Assembly: GCA_937873425.1 (NCBI GenBank)
Contig: CALMYE010000303.1
Coordinates: forward strand, 50,928-114,927
Direction of reading: 5' to 3'
From: an uncultured Sphingopyxis sp.
Lineage (GTDB): Bacteria > Pseudomonadota > Alphaproteobacteria > Sphingomonadales > Sphingomonadaceae
Length of the DNA: 64,000 bases
The notes below the pieces were generated by a model. The model saw only the letters and a program-made list of their open reading frames with translations, did not search any database and had not been told where the DNA came from. Numbering within the stretch: the first letter of the stretch is position 1; every line of letters begins with the position of its first letter. Both the position numbers and the translations under genes were made by a program. Below, piece after piece: positions 9,108 through 19,114 of this stretch.

Positions 9108-9390
9108 CTAGAACGGATAATTGATCCCGCGACCATAGTCGTGATCAAAGGTCGGCTTGCTATCGGCGCCATAGCGCGGCGCCTGTTCGAGAACCTTCTT
9201 GTCGAGATCGACGACATAGCCGCCCTGTTCGGTGTCGTAAGTCAGGACGTCCCAGGGCAGCGGATAATAGTCGCTGCCAAGACCGAATAGACCGCCGAAC
9301 TGGAGGACCGCATATTCGACGCGACCTTAGCGCTTGGTGACCATGAAATTGTAGATCGGTCCGAGCTTCTCGCGGTCGCGGTCGCGGTCG
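9108..9390 (-). pseudogene. PRC-barrel domain protein remnant
   Basis: Frame EKLGPIYNFMVTKR*GRVEYAVLQFGGLFGLGSDYYPLPWDVLTYDTEQGGYVVD with in-frame TAA at 9327-9329 and no intact 5' end. Confidence 0.75.
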
Positions 9391-9606
9391 AGTCCCGCCT
9401 GGCGCTTCGCAATCGCCCAGCGCCTCTGCTTGCGCCGAGTTTCCTTAGGCTCCCCAGTCGACCACGCGAGCGATAGCGAACTCGGCATCGTCACGGGCTC
9501 TGCGTCGATGAAGTCAAAGCGGCCCTTTGCCGTGCTCTCACAGTTTCGGCCGATGAGATGGAGTCGTCTCGGCTGAAGGGACGCCGGCTCTGGCGCCGAC
9601 GAGGCG

Positions 9607-10035
9607 CTAGATATCAGGCTCGGTTCCTGTGATCAGCCTCAGGCATTCCCGAACCGTGATAATCCGCGCCCCGCCGTGGCGCCCGAGACTCAACAAGTCG
9701 GCCTTATCGCCGGTGATCAAAAGTTCGGCCATCCCGGCCTCAATCGTCGCCAGAAGATAGTTGTCCCAGGGATCCGGGCTGACGGACACGTCGGGCAGAT
9801 TCTCTATAACAATGGCGCTGCCCTTGAGTTCATTGACGAGTCTGCCGACAACGGCTGGATTCAAGCGAGCCCGCAGTTTGGGATAGCGCGTACCGCGCCG
9901 AATTTCCTCTAGCTGTTCAGCAGAGGTGATTAAGGTGATCTTGCCTTGGCACCACAAGGCAATCAGGTGAAAGGGAAGCGACCGCCCGTGCAAAAGGGCG
10001 CTGACAAGCACATTGGTGTCGATGACAACGCGCAT
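9607..10035 (-). CDS. PIN-domain putative toxin
   Basis: MRVVIDTNVLVSALL, DPWDNYLL, ITGDKADLL PIN motifs. Confidence 0.88.
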   Translation of the reverse strand: MRVVIDTNVLVSALLHGRSLPFHLIALWCQGKITLITSAEQLEEIRRGTRYPKLRARLNPAVVGRLVNELKGSAIVIENLPDVSVSPDPWDNYLLATIEAGMAELLITGDKADLLSLGRHGGARIITVRECLRLITGTEPDI

Positions 10036-10038
10036 TGA

Positions 10039-10278
10039 TCAGTTCCGACGCGCATCCGCAATCGCTTCATCGATCAACTGGCTCATCTCTTCCGGCGAGA
10101 CGTCATCGAAACCGGCGCGGGCCTCGGCGAGCGTAAGATCGAGCAGGCGCCATTTCACGGACTCTTCAATGAAGCGCGATAGGTCGCCCTTTTTCATTCC
10201 GCGCTGAGCTAGGTATGTGCGGACATCAATGTCGGTTTCGGGCGCGACATTGACGGTCCAGCGCGTCGCACCACCCAT
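10039..10278 (-). CDS. Ribbon-helix-helix putative antitoxin
   Basis: RWTVNV strand followed by DLSRFIEESV helices; directly upstream of the PIN gene. Confidence 0.75.
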   Translation of the reverse strand: MGGATRWTVNVAPETDIDVRTYLAQRGMKKGDLSRFIEESVKWRLLDLTLAEARAGFDDVSPEEMSQLIDEAIADARRN

Positions 10279-10503
10279 AATCAAAAACTCCTCATGGACG
10301 CCTATGCGGATAAGCGCTGACCATCTTTTACGCCAAGATTCGATTCCGACATATGCGCTGGATCGACTTTACCACAGGGGGGCTCGATTTTAGCCTACCC
10401 GATTTTCGAGCCTCTGCACGGAACACAATAGATCGCAGCATCCACCTCGGCGCCGGACGTTCCGGCTCTCCACGTCAAACTGACGCGAGGCGCAAACGGA
10501 CGC

Positions 10504-10902
10504 ATGGCGACGCGGATCGAACAAGATGATCCACCGTTCGATGTCGAAGCTCGACGACTTGGCCTTTGCCGTGAACTACTTGTCGAACGGCAGATCATTG
10601 CGCGGTACCTCAAGAAGCAAGACTGGAGCCATGCGGGCTGGATCATGCTACTGGAACTCTATGTCGCGGATACGGTCGGTAAAGGGCTGCCGGTTTCAAG
10701 CCTAGGATATGCGAGTGGCGTTTCGGTTCCGACGGCGACGCGGCAGACAACTGAGATGGAATCGCGGAAACTTGTGGCTCGCGAGCGCGATCCTCACGAC
10801 GGGCGCCGAACGAACATCGCCCTGACCGCTCGCGGTCGAGCGACCCTGCGGTGCATTCTAGACGACTATGCGAAGTCCCGGGCGAATGTGCCGCTCCGAT
10901 AG
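10504..10902 (+). CDS. MarR-like winged-helix regulator
   Basis: WIMLLELY...VSSLGYASGVSVPTATR...RERDPHDGRRTNIALT. Confidence 0.8.
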   Translation: MATRIEQDDPPFDVEARRLGLCRELLVERQIIARYLKKQDWSHAGWIMLLELYVADTVGKGLPVSSLGYASGVSVPTATRQTTEMESRKLVARERDPHDGRRTNIALTARGRATLRCILDDYAKSRANVPLR

Positions 10903-11147
10903 AATCTGATTGGCCGCCGCGTTCTCGATCGTCCAGAACACAATCTATCATACCTAAGCGAGGGACGGGGAATCCGGCCTCAAGTCCAAGGGAGGAGGAG
11001 GGAAGCTGACGTTGGTGTGAAGTTGCAAATGGGAACAGGAGATGGCTGGATGCTCACCGGATCAGGGAAGGCAATATGTCCATTTCCGGAAACTCTTTCG
11101 ATTCCTTCAATCGGCATCTTCTGATAGGCTGCCGACCGAGAAAACCC

Positions 11148-11597
11148 ATGCAGGCGAGCCAACCTTCCAACGTATCAACAGCCGAGACCGCGCGGCCGCC
11201 CGTTGCGCGCAATTGGCTCTGGAAGCCTTGGTACGCGAAGCTCTGGTGGGCGGCGATCCCGGTCTACTGGACAGGCGCGGTGGCCTCGCTGAAGGTCCCG
11301 GCACTGGCGGAGTTCTACACCAGCGCTCTCGCAGGCTATCTCAACATGCTGTTCTTTCCGCCGACGGCACTACTGGTGCTTGGTTTCGGGTTCGTCAAAG
11401 CTTGGCTCGACAGGCCGCTATCTGGCGAGCCTCTCTCGGACGAGGAAATCGGCGAACTCGAGCAGATGAGGATGGAGGACGAGCACTGGGAGCGTCTTGG
11501 GCGACCTCATTGGTCGGTCGACATCTATGATCCGCGCTCCGGCGGACTATATATCGGCAACCCACTCAGCCTTCAGCACCCTGGACGTCGAGATTAG
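11148..11597 (+). CDS. Small inner-membrane protein convergent on traG; candidate entry-exclusion protein
   Basis: Two TM segments and an acidic C-terminal tail; stop overlaps traG stop by 4 nt. Function inferred from position only. Confidence 0.55.
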   Translation: MQASQPSNVSTAETARPPVARNWLWKPWYAKLWWAAIPVYWTGAVASLKVPALAEFYTSALAGYLNMLFFPPTALLVLGFGFVKAWLDRPLSGEPLSDEEIGELEQMRMEDEHWERLGRPHWSVDIYDPRSGGLYIGNPLSLQHPGRRD

Positions 11598-14500
11598 CGC
11601 TTCTTGTAGCTGCTATCTCCGTCGAATGGACCATTTGCTAGGTCGGTCGAAAATCGGCCACTGCTCAAGATCGAGGATTGTTCGAGCGACGTCATCGGTC
11701 CAGTAATATCGGCGGTTCCACGTGCGGAATCGGCTTGCCCAAGGTAGCGATTTCGCAGCCCCTCGGGGCCAAGCACCTGACGGTTCAGCTCGCTCGTAAA
11801 TGTCATTTCAGGGTTTGCAGAGCGCGCAGCCGCCCGCTCTGCGGCGGATATCGCCTCGCGTACATCATAGTTTACGATATCGAGCGAGGCCCGAGCTGTC
11901 TCGTTACTCGTGCCCATGTCGCTGCTGCTATATCCCAAGCTCCCGCCGACGCTCCCTGACGTTGCTGTCTGTGATCGTTCCTTACCCTTGGCCGGACCAC
12001 CACGCGACGCATAGTCACTGCTTTGGGCACTTGCGCCGACATTGCCGCCAACCGCAGTTCCCATTGAGATTTGGTCTTGCGCCGAGCGAGATATAGCCCG
12101 CTGCCATCCCGTCTGGGCCATGATCGCCGACACGTCGCGTTGAAGCGTATCCGCAACCTGCGGATTGAGCCGCCACTCGCCGTTGCGGTCCATTTCGAAG
12201 CCACCGCGCAGCCAGTTCGCCATCATCGCCTGACCCTCGGGTCCGCTGCTTAGCATGTTTTCGATGGTATCGGGTCCGGCTTGCTTGCCGGCCTCATATT
12301 TGGTGCTGGTGTCGCTGCGTGCGGACTGCGTGAACCCGGTGCTGCTCGACACGAGCAGGTCGTTGTCCGCGAAGCTGAACCGGGCGCGGCCTCCCTCGGC
12401 GATCGTGCCATATTGGCTGTCGTTGATGAGGCCTGCGGCGCGGAGCTGCCGCGCGACGTCGGGCGAGACATTGAGATTGAGATCGCCATTCTGCGCCATG
12501 GCGAGCTCGCGCTTGGTCATGTTGATGCCCTCGCTGCGCAGCAGCCCCTGCATGCGTGTCAACCGCTCATTGTCCACGATCCGCGTCAGCCGCTCGTTGC
12601 GCGCACGATCGGCAATTCCGGCCGCGCCACCCTCGGCCATGTCGACCTGGTTGCCCGCCGTGCGGCTCAGTGCCTGGATGAAGGCGTCGAGCCGGGCCGC
12701 CTCGCGCGTCGATACGCCGGCAGCCGCCGCACCTTCCGCAAACCCGAAATTATCGCTCTGCCGTCGCTGCTCGCCGATGCGCGCGGCGCCGCGCACGCCA
12801 TCGTGGCCGACTTCGCGCTGGGCATCGAGCTTGCCCGAGCGCTCGGCAAAATCGTAACCAGCGGCCTCGCGCGTGCGGCCATAGACGCTCGTGCCTTCGC
12901 GTGCCGCCTCGGCGGTCGCGCCGTCGGCGGTGCCGAGCTGGACCGAGGCGTTATAGGTTTCCAGCGCACGCATGACCTGCGCCTCATTGCGGCCCGTCGC
13001 GCGGGAGAGGGAGGTAATCGCCGACGAGCGCGCCTCGCCCGAGAGGGTGTTGATGAAGCCGATGCGGCGCGAGGTTTCGTCGATGGAGAGGCCGAGCATC
13101 GACGCGGAATTGCGCTGCCCCTCGTTGTTCCCGGTGCGCCACGCCTGCTCGGTCGCGACGTTGCGGCGTTCGATCCCCGCGACATTGTCGCCCGCATAGT
13201 CGCGTCGGCCTTCCATAGCGCCGACGTTGACCTGCGCAGCCGTGAGATCGTTCCGCAGCATTGCCTCCTGGTCGTACGTGTTGGCGATCAACTTCGCGAA
13301 GGTCGGGTCGGCCGATGCCTGCGCGATCACGGTCGAGGCCTTCAGCGCAGCGTCTTTCTGATCATAGCCATTGCGCTCGAAATGCCGCTGCGCGCCCCGC
13401 ATCATCATGTCGTAGGCGCGCGTATCGCCGAAGGCTTTCCACTGCACCATGTTCTGCGCGAAGCCGGCGAAGGCGCGTTCGCCCGCCTGGCCCGGCCCAA
13501 AATAGCTCGTGCCGAGACTACGTAGCGCGTCCTTCTCGGCGAAATTGTGGATCGCCGACGTCGTCGCATTGGCGCGCACCGCTGCGGCCGTCGCGGGATG
13601 AGTGAGGTCGCGGCCGACGAGGGCAGGGGCGAGCCCCCCGAGCTCGCGTGCGGCGTCCGTGACGCCGAGCCCGAAGCCGGTCGCTCCCGGCGCGCCAGGC
13701 GTGCGATCGCTGAGATAGCCACCTGCGGCGCCGAAGGCGCGATTGGTACCGAAGGTAGACCGCTCTCCGAAGTCGCCGAAGCTCGACGCCGCACTGCGCC
13801 GTGCGGTCGTGCCGGTCGCCGAGGCCTGCGCCTCGAGCGCCTGCGCGCGGCCTTCATGCGTCATGATCGGGGTGGCGGCCGCGGTGCCCTGGCCCTGCAC
13901 GCCGAGCGCGCCGCTGGTGAAGGAGGTGAACACATTGCCCGAGAAGCGGAACACGGTGAAGACAAAGGCGCCGGCCAGCCCGGCGGCCGCGGTGCGAAAG
14001 CTTCCGAAGATTGCGAGCGCCTTCATCGCCGAACCTGGCGCCAGCATCCAGGCGTTCGCCGCGACATGGTTCGAGCGCATCTCGGCAAGCACGTCCATCG
14101 CGCGGCCGAGCGTGAGCTGGTAGATTCCGGCATCGATCACGCCCCACATGGCGACGAAGACGAAGAGGCCAAGCGCGAAGCTCGCGACGCGCAGGTTGAT
14201 CGGGGTCAGGATGAAGAGCAGCGCGATCGGCATCATGAACAGCATGATGCCGAAGACAGTGGCGCGGATCGTCGGCATCCATTCGTTCGCCGTCGACATG
14301 GTGGCGAGACCGCTCGAGACGACGGCACGGTTCGCCATGACGCGCGCGGCGGTCGCAGGGCTATCTTCGAACAGCACGTCGCCGACGGCGTTGCCGAGGT
14401 TGATGTTCGTCATCAGCTGCTGGAGCGTCAGCGGCGTCGCGAGCATCTTGTCACCGAGCGCTCCGAGGTTCGACCGGCAGCGCTGGAGCTGAGCCGCGTT

Positions 14501-15334
14501 CGAGACGTCATAGCCGGTGCGCTCGCAGACCTGTTGACTGTAACCGTGGAACAGCGACGGATCGGAAAGCCGGTCCGAGATATGCGTCCAAGTCTCGGTG
14601 CAGCTCACCGTTGTTCCGCCCTTGTCGGTGGCAGTGAAGACGGTGCTGAAGGTCGCCGGCCCAGACATCGCGGCAAAAGCCGCGGGAAGATCGTTCGTGG
14701 TACGAAAGAGTTGATCGTCGTCGATGCCATAGGCGGGAGAGACGCGCGCGACGGGATAGCATTGCCGGACATAATCCTTGATCGTTGCATCGAGGAAGGT
14801 GTCGGTCATCGGCCCTCGCGGGCTAACAGCGTTCAGGAACAAGTCAAAGCTGTGACCACCCGCACCGAACTCGAGCTTGGCATTGGGGTCGATCGTATTA
14901 TCGTCGATCGTCTCGGCGATCGCCCGCTCCATCATATTGGTGACGCCCGCGACGAGAACGATCAGGTTCGGGACGTCGCCAACGGGCTGATAGGCGTTGC
15001 GGACCCGGTCGTAGACATGGACGGTGCCCGTGGTCGCAACCATGCCGACGAAAAGCCCGATGCCGACGAGCGTCTGAAAGCCGAAAGCGACGATCCCCAT
15101 GCCGTTGCCGCGCACGCTCGCGAGTAGCGCGCCGAGCGCGATCCCGGCGACCGCGACGATGAGCACCAGCGTTTCGTAGCGCGGATCGGCAAAGATCATC
15201 GAGACGAGCCGGAACGCGTCGACGGTCTCGTTGAACCCGTCATAGGTGTGGAAGCTGGTTTCGAGCGCTAGCGCAGCGGTCGGCACGGTGGCGGCGAGGG
15301 CGGCGATCAGCGCGGAAAGGAATCGGGAGCACAT
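11594..15334 (-). CDS. traG: Conjugal transfer mating-pair stabilisation protein TraG
   Basis: TraG_N-like multi-TM N-terminal half, long Gly/Ala-rich C-terminus; follows traH. Confidence 0.88.
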   Translation of the reverse strand: MCSRFLSALIAALAATVPTAALALETSFHTYDGFNETVDAFRLVSMIFADPRYETLVLIVAVAGIALGALLASVRGNGMGIVAFGFQTLVGIGLFVGMVATTGTVHVYDRVRNAYQPVGDVPNLIVLVAGVTNMMERAIAETIDDNTIDPNAKLEFGAGGHSFDLFLNAVSPRGPMTDTFLDATIKDYVRQCYPVARVSPAYGIDDDQLFRTTNDLPAAFAAMSGPATFSTVFTATDKGGTTVSCTETWTHISDRLSDPSLFHGYSQQVCERTGYDVSNAAQLQRCRSNLGALGDKMLATPLTLQQLMTNINLGNAVGDVLFEDSPATAARVMANRAVVSSGLATMSTANEWMPTIRATVFGIMLFMMPIALLFILTPINLRVASFALGLFVFVAMWGVIDAGIYQLTLGRAMDVLAEMRSNHVAANAWMLAPGSAMKALAIFGSFRTAAAGLAGAFVFTVFRFSGNVFTSFTSGALGVQGQGTAAATPIMTHEGRAQALEAQASATGTTARRSAASSFGDFGERSTFGTNRAFGAAGGYLSDRTPGAPGATGFGLGVTDAARELGGLAPALVGRDLTHPATAAAVRANATTSAIHNFAEKDALRSLGTSYFGPGQAGERAFAGFAQNMVQWKAFGDTRAYDMMMRGAQRHFERNGYDQKDAALKASTVIAQASADPTFAKLIANTYDQEAMLRNDLTAAQVNVGAMEGRRDYAGDNVAGIERRNVATEQAWRTGNNEGQRNSASMLGLSIDETSRRIGFINTLSGEARSSAITSLSRATGRNEAQVMRALETYNASVQLGTADGATAEAAREGTSVYGRTREAAGYDFAERSGKLDAQREVGHDGVRGAARIGEQRRQSDNFGFAEGAAAAGVSTREAARLDAFIQALSRTAGNQVDMAEGGAAGIADRARNERLTRIVDNERLTRMQGLLRSEGINMTKRELAMAQNGDLNLNVSPDVARQLRAAGLINDSQYGTIAEGGRARFSFADNDLLVSSSTGFTQSARSDTSTKYEAGKQAGPDTIENMLSSGPEGQAMMANWLRGGFEMDRNGEWRLNPQVADTLQRDVSAIMAQTGWQRAISRSAQDQISMGTAVGGNVGASAQSSDYASRGGPAKGKERSQTATSGSVGGSLGYSSSDMGTSNETARASLDIVNYDVREAISAAERAAARSANPEMTFTSELNRQVLGPEGLRNRYLGQADSARGTADITGPMTSLEQSSILSSGRFSTDLANGPFDGDSSYKKR

Positions 15335-15339
15335 CGCGA

Positions 15340-16767
15340 TCAGCGATTGCGGTTAGCGGCGGCACCGGCGGCGTCGCGCGCGTCGCGGTCGCGCTGGCGG
15401 ACGAGCCCGGCATAGTTCGCCGAGAGGTTGGCCTGGTTCAGCGCCGCCATATAGGACTGGCGCATCTGCGCGCGCTGGCGCAGCACTTCCTCGCGAAGAT
15501 CGCGCAGCTGCTCTATCCCCTTGGTGAGGATGCGCGTCTGGCAGATATTGGCATTGCCTGCGTCGGCGGCACCGGCGGCCGACGTGCCGCGCTCGGCATT
15601 CGACAGCGCGAAATCGATGCTGCGAGTGAGATCATTGAGCATCTGGTAGGCGAGGGTCAGGGCGACCAGTTCGTCGGTATCGCCGATCACGGCATCCTCG
15701 ACGCCTTCGCGCACGCCCCATTCGAGCATCCGGTAGATGGGGAGCGTCTTCACATTGGCGACGAACTGGCGCTCTTCGGCAGTCAGCGCGGCGCGGGTGC
15801 GGATCTTGGTCGCGATCGTCTGCATCCGTTCACGCGCGAGGACGAGCGCGCCGCGGCCCGGCCCGTCAGTCGCGCAGTCAGCGCTGGTCGGCGGGACGTT
15901 GAGCGACCGGGCCTGGACACGTCCGGTCAGGAAATCCTCGACGCCTTCGGTGTCCTGACGCGGGCAGGCAGGGATGGCCGAAAAGAGCGGCACCTTGTCG
16001 GTCGCGTCCCAACGCATGTAAACATCGCCGACCCGCGCACGCATCACGCTGGTCCATTCGCTGGCGCCGACGCGCGCGGCGGCGTGCGCGAGCAGCGAGC
16101 CGGTGCGGAAGATGTCGGTGACCTCGCGCGGGCAGTTGGCGAGCGCTTCCTTCAGATCCTCGGTCGGATTATTATTGTTCGCCTCAATCTTCTCGCGGCT
16201 TTGCTGATAACTTTTCGCATAACCCTGCTTGATCGAGCGATAGCCGGTCATCTCCTCGATGATCCCCGACATATTGTCGTCTCCTCGAGCGATCTGAACC
16301 ATGCGGTTCGCAAGGCGGCAGTCGTTGACCTGGATCGAGTTCAGGAAGTTGGTCGCCGCCTCCATCTTCGAGATGATGTTGCCCATCTTCTCGTCGAGGG
16401 TTTCGAGGAGATACTGGAAGGCGACGGCGGGCGCGGCCTGCAGGATGCTCTCGAGCTTCTGGACGAGATAGTCGGGATCGAGAAACGACATGCCGCCGAG
16501 GAACATGTCGATGCCACCGCAGCCCGCGCGCACCTTGGGCAGCGTCACGCTCATCAGATAGTCGTTGTGGACGTCGACGCGGCCCGAGAAGCCGCCCGCG
16601 GTCACATAACCGCGCGCCTGGTCCTCGAAACTGCCGGGCGACGTGTAGGTCACATTGTCGAACCAATGCTCGGCCCAGCTTTGGGCATAGGCTCCCGGCG
16701 CGCCGGCTCCGCAGGTTGACAGGATGAGGGCGATCATAATGGCGCGGCGGCCGCCAAGCGAGGACAT
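15340..16767 (-). CDS. traH: Conjugal transfer pilus assembly protein TraH
   Basis: Signal peptide; PKVRAGCGGIDMFLGGMSF signature. Confidence 0.93.
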   Translation of the reverse strand: MSSLGGRRAIMIALILSTCGAGAPGAYAQSWAEHWFDNVTYTSPGSFEDQARGYVTAGGFSGRVDVHNDYLMSVTLPKVRAGCGGIDMFLGGMSFLDPDYLVQKLESILQAAPAVAFQYLLETLDEKMGNIISKMEAATNFLNSIQVNDCRLANRMVQIARGDDNMSGIIEEMTGYRSIKQGYAKSYQQSREKIEANNNNPTEDLKEALANCPREVTDIFRTGSLLAHAAARVGASEWTSVMRARVGDVYMRWDATDKVPLFSAIPACPRQDTEGVEDFLTGRVQARSLNVPPTSADCATDGPGRGALVLARERMQTIATKIRTRAALTAEERQFVANVKTLPIYRMLEWGVREGVEDAVIGDTDELVALTLAYQMLNDLTRSIDFALSNAERGTSAAGAADAGNANICQTRILTKGIEQLRDLREEVLRQRAQMRQSYMAALNQANLSANYAGLVRQRDRDARDAAGAAANRNR

Positions 16768-16996
16768 CAGCGTTCTTTCTCAGGGGCGGGATGTGGCAGG
16801 CTGAACCCGCTCAGGGTCGCTTGTGTTGACCTCTCGCGACAAGGGCAGAGGCACGTACGCGCCTCTCAGAGGCAAGGTCCTTCCGCCAATATGTCCCACG
16901 CGAAATGGGCCACTGCCATGTCGATCATCGCCTCGTCCCATGTTTCAGGGTCGGCAAGATGCCGTGATGGATTGCAAACGCTTTCAAAGGTTCGTA

Positions 16997-17024
16997 TGTG
17001 TATGATCTAAGAAAAGGATACACA
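16997..17024. promoter_or_regulatory. Probable vapBC autoregulatory operator
   Basis: Inverted repeat TGTGTAT-N14-ATACACA just before the vapB ATG. Confidence 0.55.
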
Positions 17025-17026
17025 TC

Positions 17027-17221
17027 ATGCGGACCAACATCGTCATCGACGATAATCTTATGAGCGAAGCTCTCCGGGCAACGGGCCTCAAGACAAAGCG
17101 TGAGGCCGTTGAGCTCGGCTTGCGGACGTTGCTTCGGCTTCGCAAACAGGACGAGATTCGGAAGTTTCGGGGTAAGCTCGCTTGGACGGGCGATCTTGAT
17201 GCCATGAGAACCGACGGGTGA
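17027..17221 (+). CDS. vapB: VapB-family antitoxin
   Basis: MRTNIVIDDNLMSEAL...TKREAVELGL; overlaps the vapC start. Confidence 0.9.
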   Translation: MRTNIVIDDNLMSEALRATGLKTKREAVELGLRTLLRLRKQDEIRKFRGKLAWTGDLDAMRTDG

Positions 17222-17625
17222 TCCTCGTCGATTCCAGCGTCTGGATCGATTATTTCCGGGGCGATGCCACACCGCAGACGGAACGATTAGACGCATTGCT
17301 AGGCGCCGAGCCACTGCTGACCGGCGACATCATTCTGGCTGAAGTCCTGCAGGGTTTCACCAGCGACCGCGACTTCAACGTCGGGCTGAGATTGATGGGG
17401 TCTCTCGACCAGATCGATATCGGAGGTCGCGATATCGCGATCCAGGCGGCCCGAAACTTTCGGGCACTACGCGGCAAAGGGGCCACTATTCGCAAGACCA
17501 TCGATACGCTTATCGCCACCCGTTGCATAGAAGACGGGTTAGCACTGCTCTACAGCGACCGCGATTTTGATCCTTTCGTGGAACATCTCGGACTCTCGTC
17601 GGCCATGTCGGACGCACGCCGATGA
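17218..17625 (+). CDS. vapC: VapC PIN-domain toxin
   Basis: MILVDSSVWIDYF, KTIDTLIAT, SDRDF motifs. Confidence 0.92.
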   Translation: MILVDSSVWIDYFRGDATPQTERLDALLGAEPLLTGDIILAEVLQGFTSDRDFNVGLRLMGSLDQIDIGGRDIAIQAARNFRALRGKGATIRKTIDTLIATRCIEDGLALLYSDRDFDPFVEHLGLSSAMSDARR

Positions 17626-17629
17626 TGTG

Positions 17630-17670
17630 ATCCCTGCAAATCTGGATCGTAGCTCCAGATTTGCAGGGAT
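17630..17670. terminator. Perfect 17-bp hairpin at the convergence of vapC and the AbiE/trb transcript
   Basis: ATCCCTGCAAATCTGGA-N7-TCCAGATTTGCAGGGAT; no U-tract. Confidence 0.55.
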
Positions 17671-17776
17671 AAGTCGTTGCTCGATTTCGCTTCTTCGCCC
17701 TGAACGGATATCCAACCGGAATAAGCTCGAAGTTATGGCTTTGCTCGGCGTTGCGGTGAGATGTCCGGCCCTTGAG

Positions 17777-17970
17777 CAACAATTCCCGTGAATTTCGAAA
17801 ACGCCCGGACCCCGGCTTGCAGGGCGCATGCCGGTCAGTATCTTTACGGCGAGATATAAATTGCGCGCGATATTGGGCGCATGATTCGGTGCCAACGGCA
17901 ATCGGAATGATCCGGTTCGTATCGTTCACCGGTCGGACTCATGCGGCCGGGTATCCGGATTCAGGATAGG
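17777..17970 (-). repeat. Degenerate direct copy of the 3' end of the trbB-like gene (partner 19132-19323)
   Basis: Alignable over about 190 bp; 25-nt identity at 17904-17928 = 19257-19281; frameshifted peptides MNDTNRIIPIAVGT and HAPNIARNLYLAVKILTG. Confidence 0.85.
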
Positions 17971-18642
17971 CTGTTTCGCTGAAGCTCGTCCGATCAGGTC
18001 TCGACTGATTTCTCGGGAGTGGGCAACGAGATTGCGCGTCTTTTCGCGAAGCATGAGCTGGCCAATAATCCCTTCAACATAGGCGGGATTCGTTTTGTTG
18101 ATGACTGCCAGAGCCGTTTCGCACCTCGCGCGGCCGCAATGCTCAATAGCCCCGACTACATAGTCGGGTCCAAAATGCTCGGCGACCGCTGCAAGGTCGA
18201 ACATATCGCGCGGCTGGAAACTCCAACCGCGATAGAAGACCTTTTTAGCGATGATTTCCGCTGGCGTTTCAAGCGCGATGGCGTGACCTTGAACGTCGTG
18301 CGCTCGTGTTGGATCTGGAATGATGCTGTCGCAGCAGATGAAATCAATTTCGCCCAGATCGTGATAAGCAAGCTTCAGCATATCGGTGCCTGCCTGATAG
18401 CTGTCAGGAGCGTGATCGAGTTTGATGCCTTGCGTTTCCGGATTGAGAAATGGGAGGATTTGTGGATCGTCCAGAAACAGGTCGATGTCGTGACTTTCAC
18501 GATGATCGATCTGCAGCATCAGTGCGGTTCCGCCGCCGAAGCTCCACTGAGGCGCGAAGCCGTTCGCCTTCCTGAAATGGTCAAGAATATCTACGGCGAG
18601 ATTGAAAAGGACCGGCCATTCGCTCGGCCGCTTTGCAGACAC
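17926..18642 (-). CDS. AbiEii/AbiGii-family nucleotidyltransferase toxin
   Basis: FGGGTALMLQIDHRESHDIDLF signature. Confidence 0.88.
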   Translation of the reverse strand: MSAKRPSEWPVLFNLAVDILDHFRKANGFAPQWSFGGGTALMLQIDHRESHDIDLFLDDPQILPFLNPETQGIKLDHAPDSYQAGTDMLKLAYHDLGEIDFICCDSIIPDPTRAHDVQGHAIALETPAEIIAKKVFYRGWSFQPRDMFDLAAVAEHFGPDYVVGAIEHCGRARCETALAVINKTNPAYVEGIIGQLMLREKTRNLVAHSREISRDLIGRASAKQPILNPDTRPHESDR

Positions 18643-18646
18643 GGCG

Positions 18647-18922
18647 TCAGGCCGCCAGCGGTAGCGTGTAGCCCGAAAGTTCGGAGATTTTATCGGCGAC
18701 TTGGCTCGCTTGACTTGCGTCTACGCCCATCGCTGCCATGAACTGTTCCTGGACGTTCAGCGGCACTTCGGAGAAGAAAGCGAAAACCGGCGCGTTGCAG
18801 TCAATCGCGCTCTTCAAGTCGACGATCATGGCAGCAAGCTGATGTGCGGAAACGGCCGCCCCATAAGGGGCGTTCACCGTCGTCAGCACTTGAGTTACAG
18901 CGTTTGCCATCATTCCACTCAT
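18647..18922 (-). CDS. Small putative antitoxin partner of the AbiEii-like gene
   Basis: 91-aa helical ORF 4 nt upstream of the toxin; inverted repeat ACGATCC-N5-GGATCGT at 18926-18944. Confidence 0.65.
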   Translation of the reverse strand: MSGMMANAVTQVLTTVNAPYGAAVSAHQLAAMIVDLKSAIDCNAPVFAFFSEVPLNVQEQFMAAMGVDASQASQVADKISELSGYTLPLAA

Positions 18923-19114
18923 AACACGATCCTGTTTGGATCGTTGTTTTCATATAGTCGCGAGCGGTTATCAAAACAAGAATCTCGCTCAGGTCGCGTC
19001 CTACGCCCGACGCGAGGCAATAATGACAAGACCAGATTCAGCTTATGAAGCATGCATCATGGCTTTGATGTTTCAAGCAGATTCCGCGCCAGAGCTAAGA
19101 AAGTTCCGTCCGGC

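Noticed and set aside
12281-15127. Long plus-strand ORFs (414 and 526 aa) opposite traG, and similar ones opposite traN, traC and traB
   Set aside because: Antisense shadows typical of high-GC coding DNA; no recognisable motifs.
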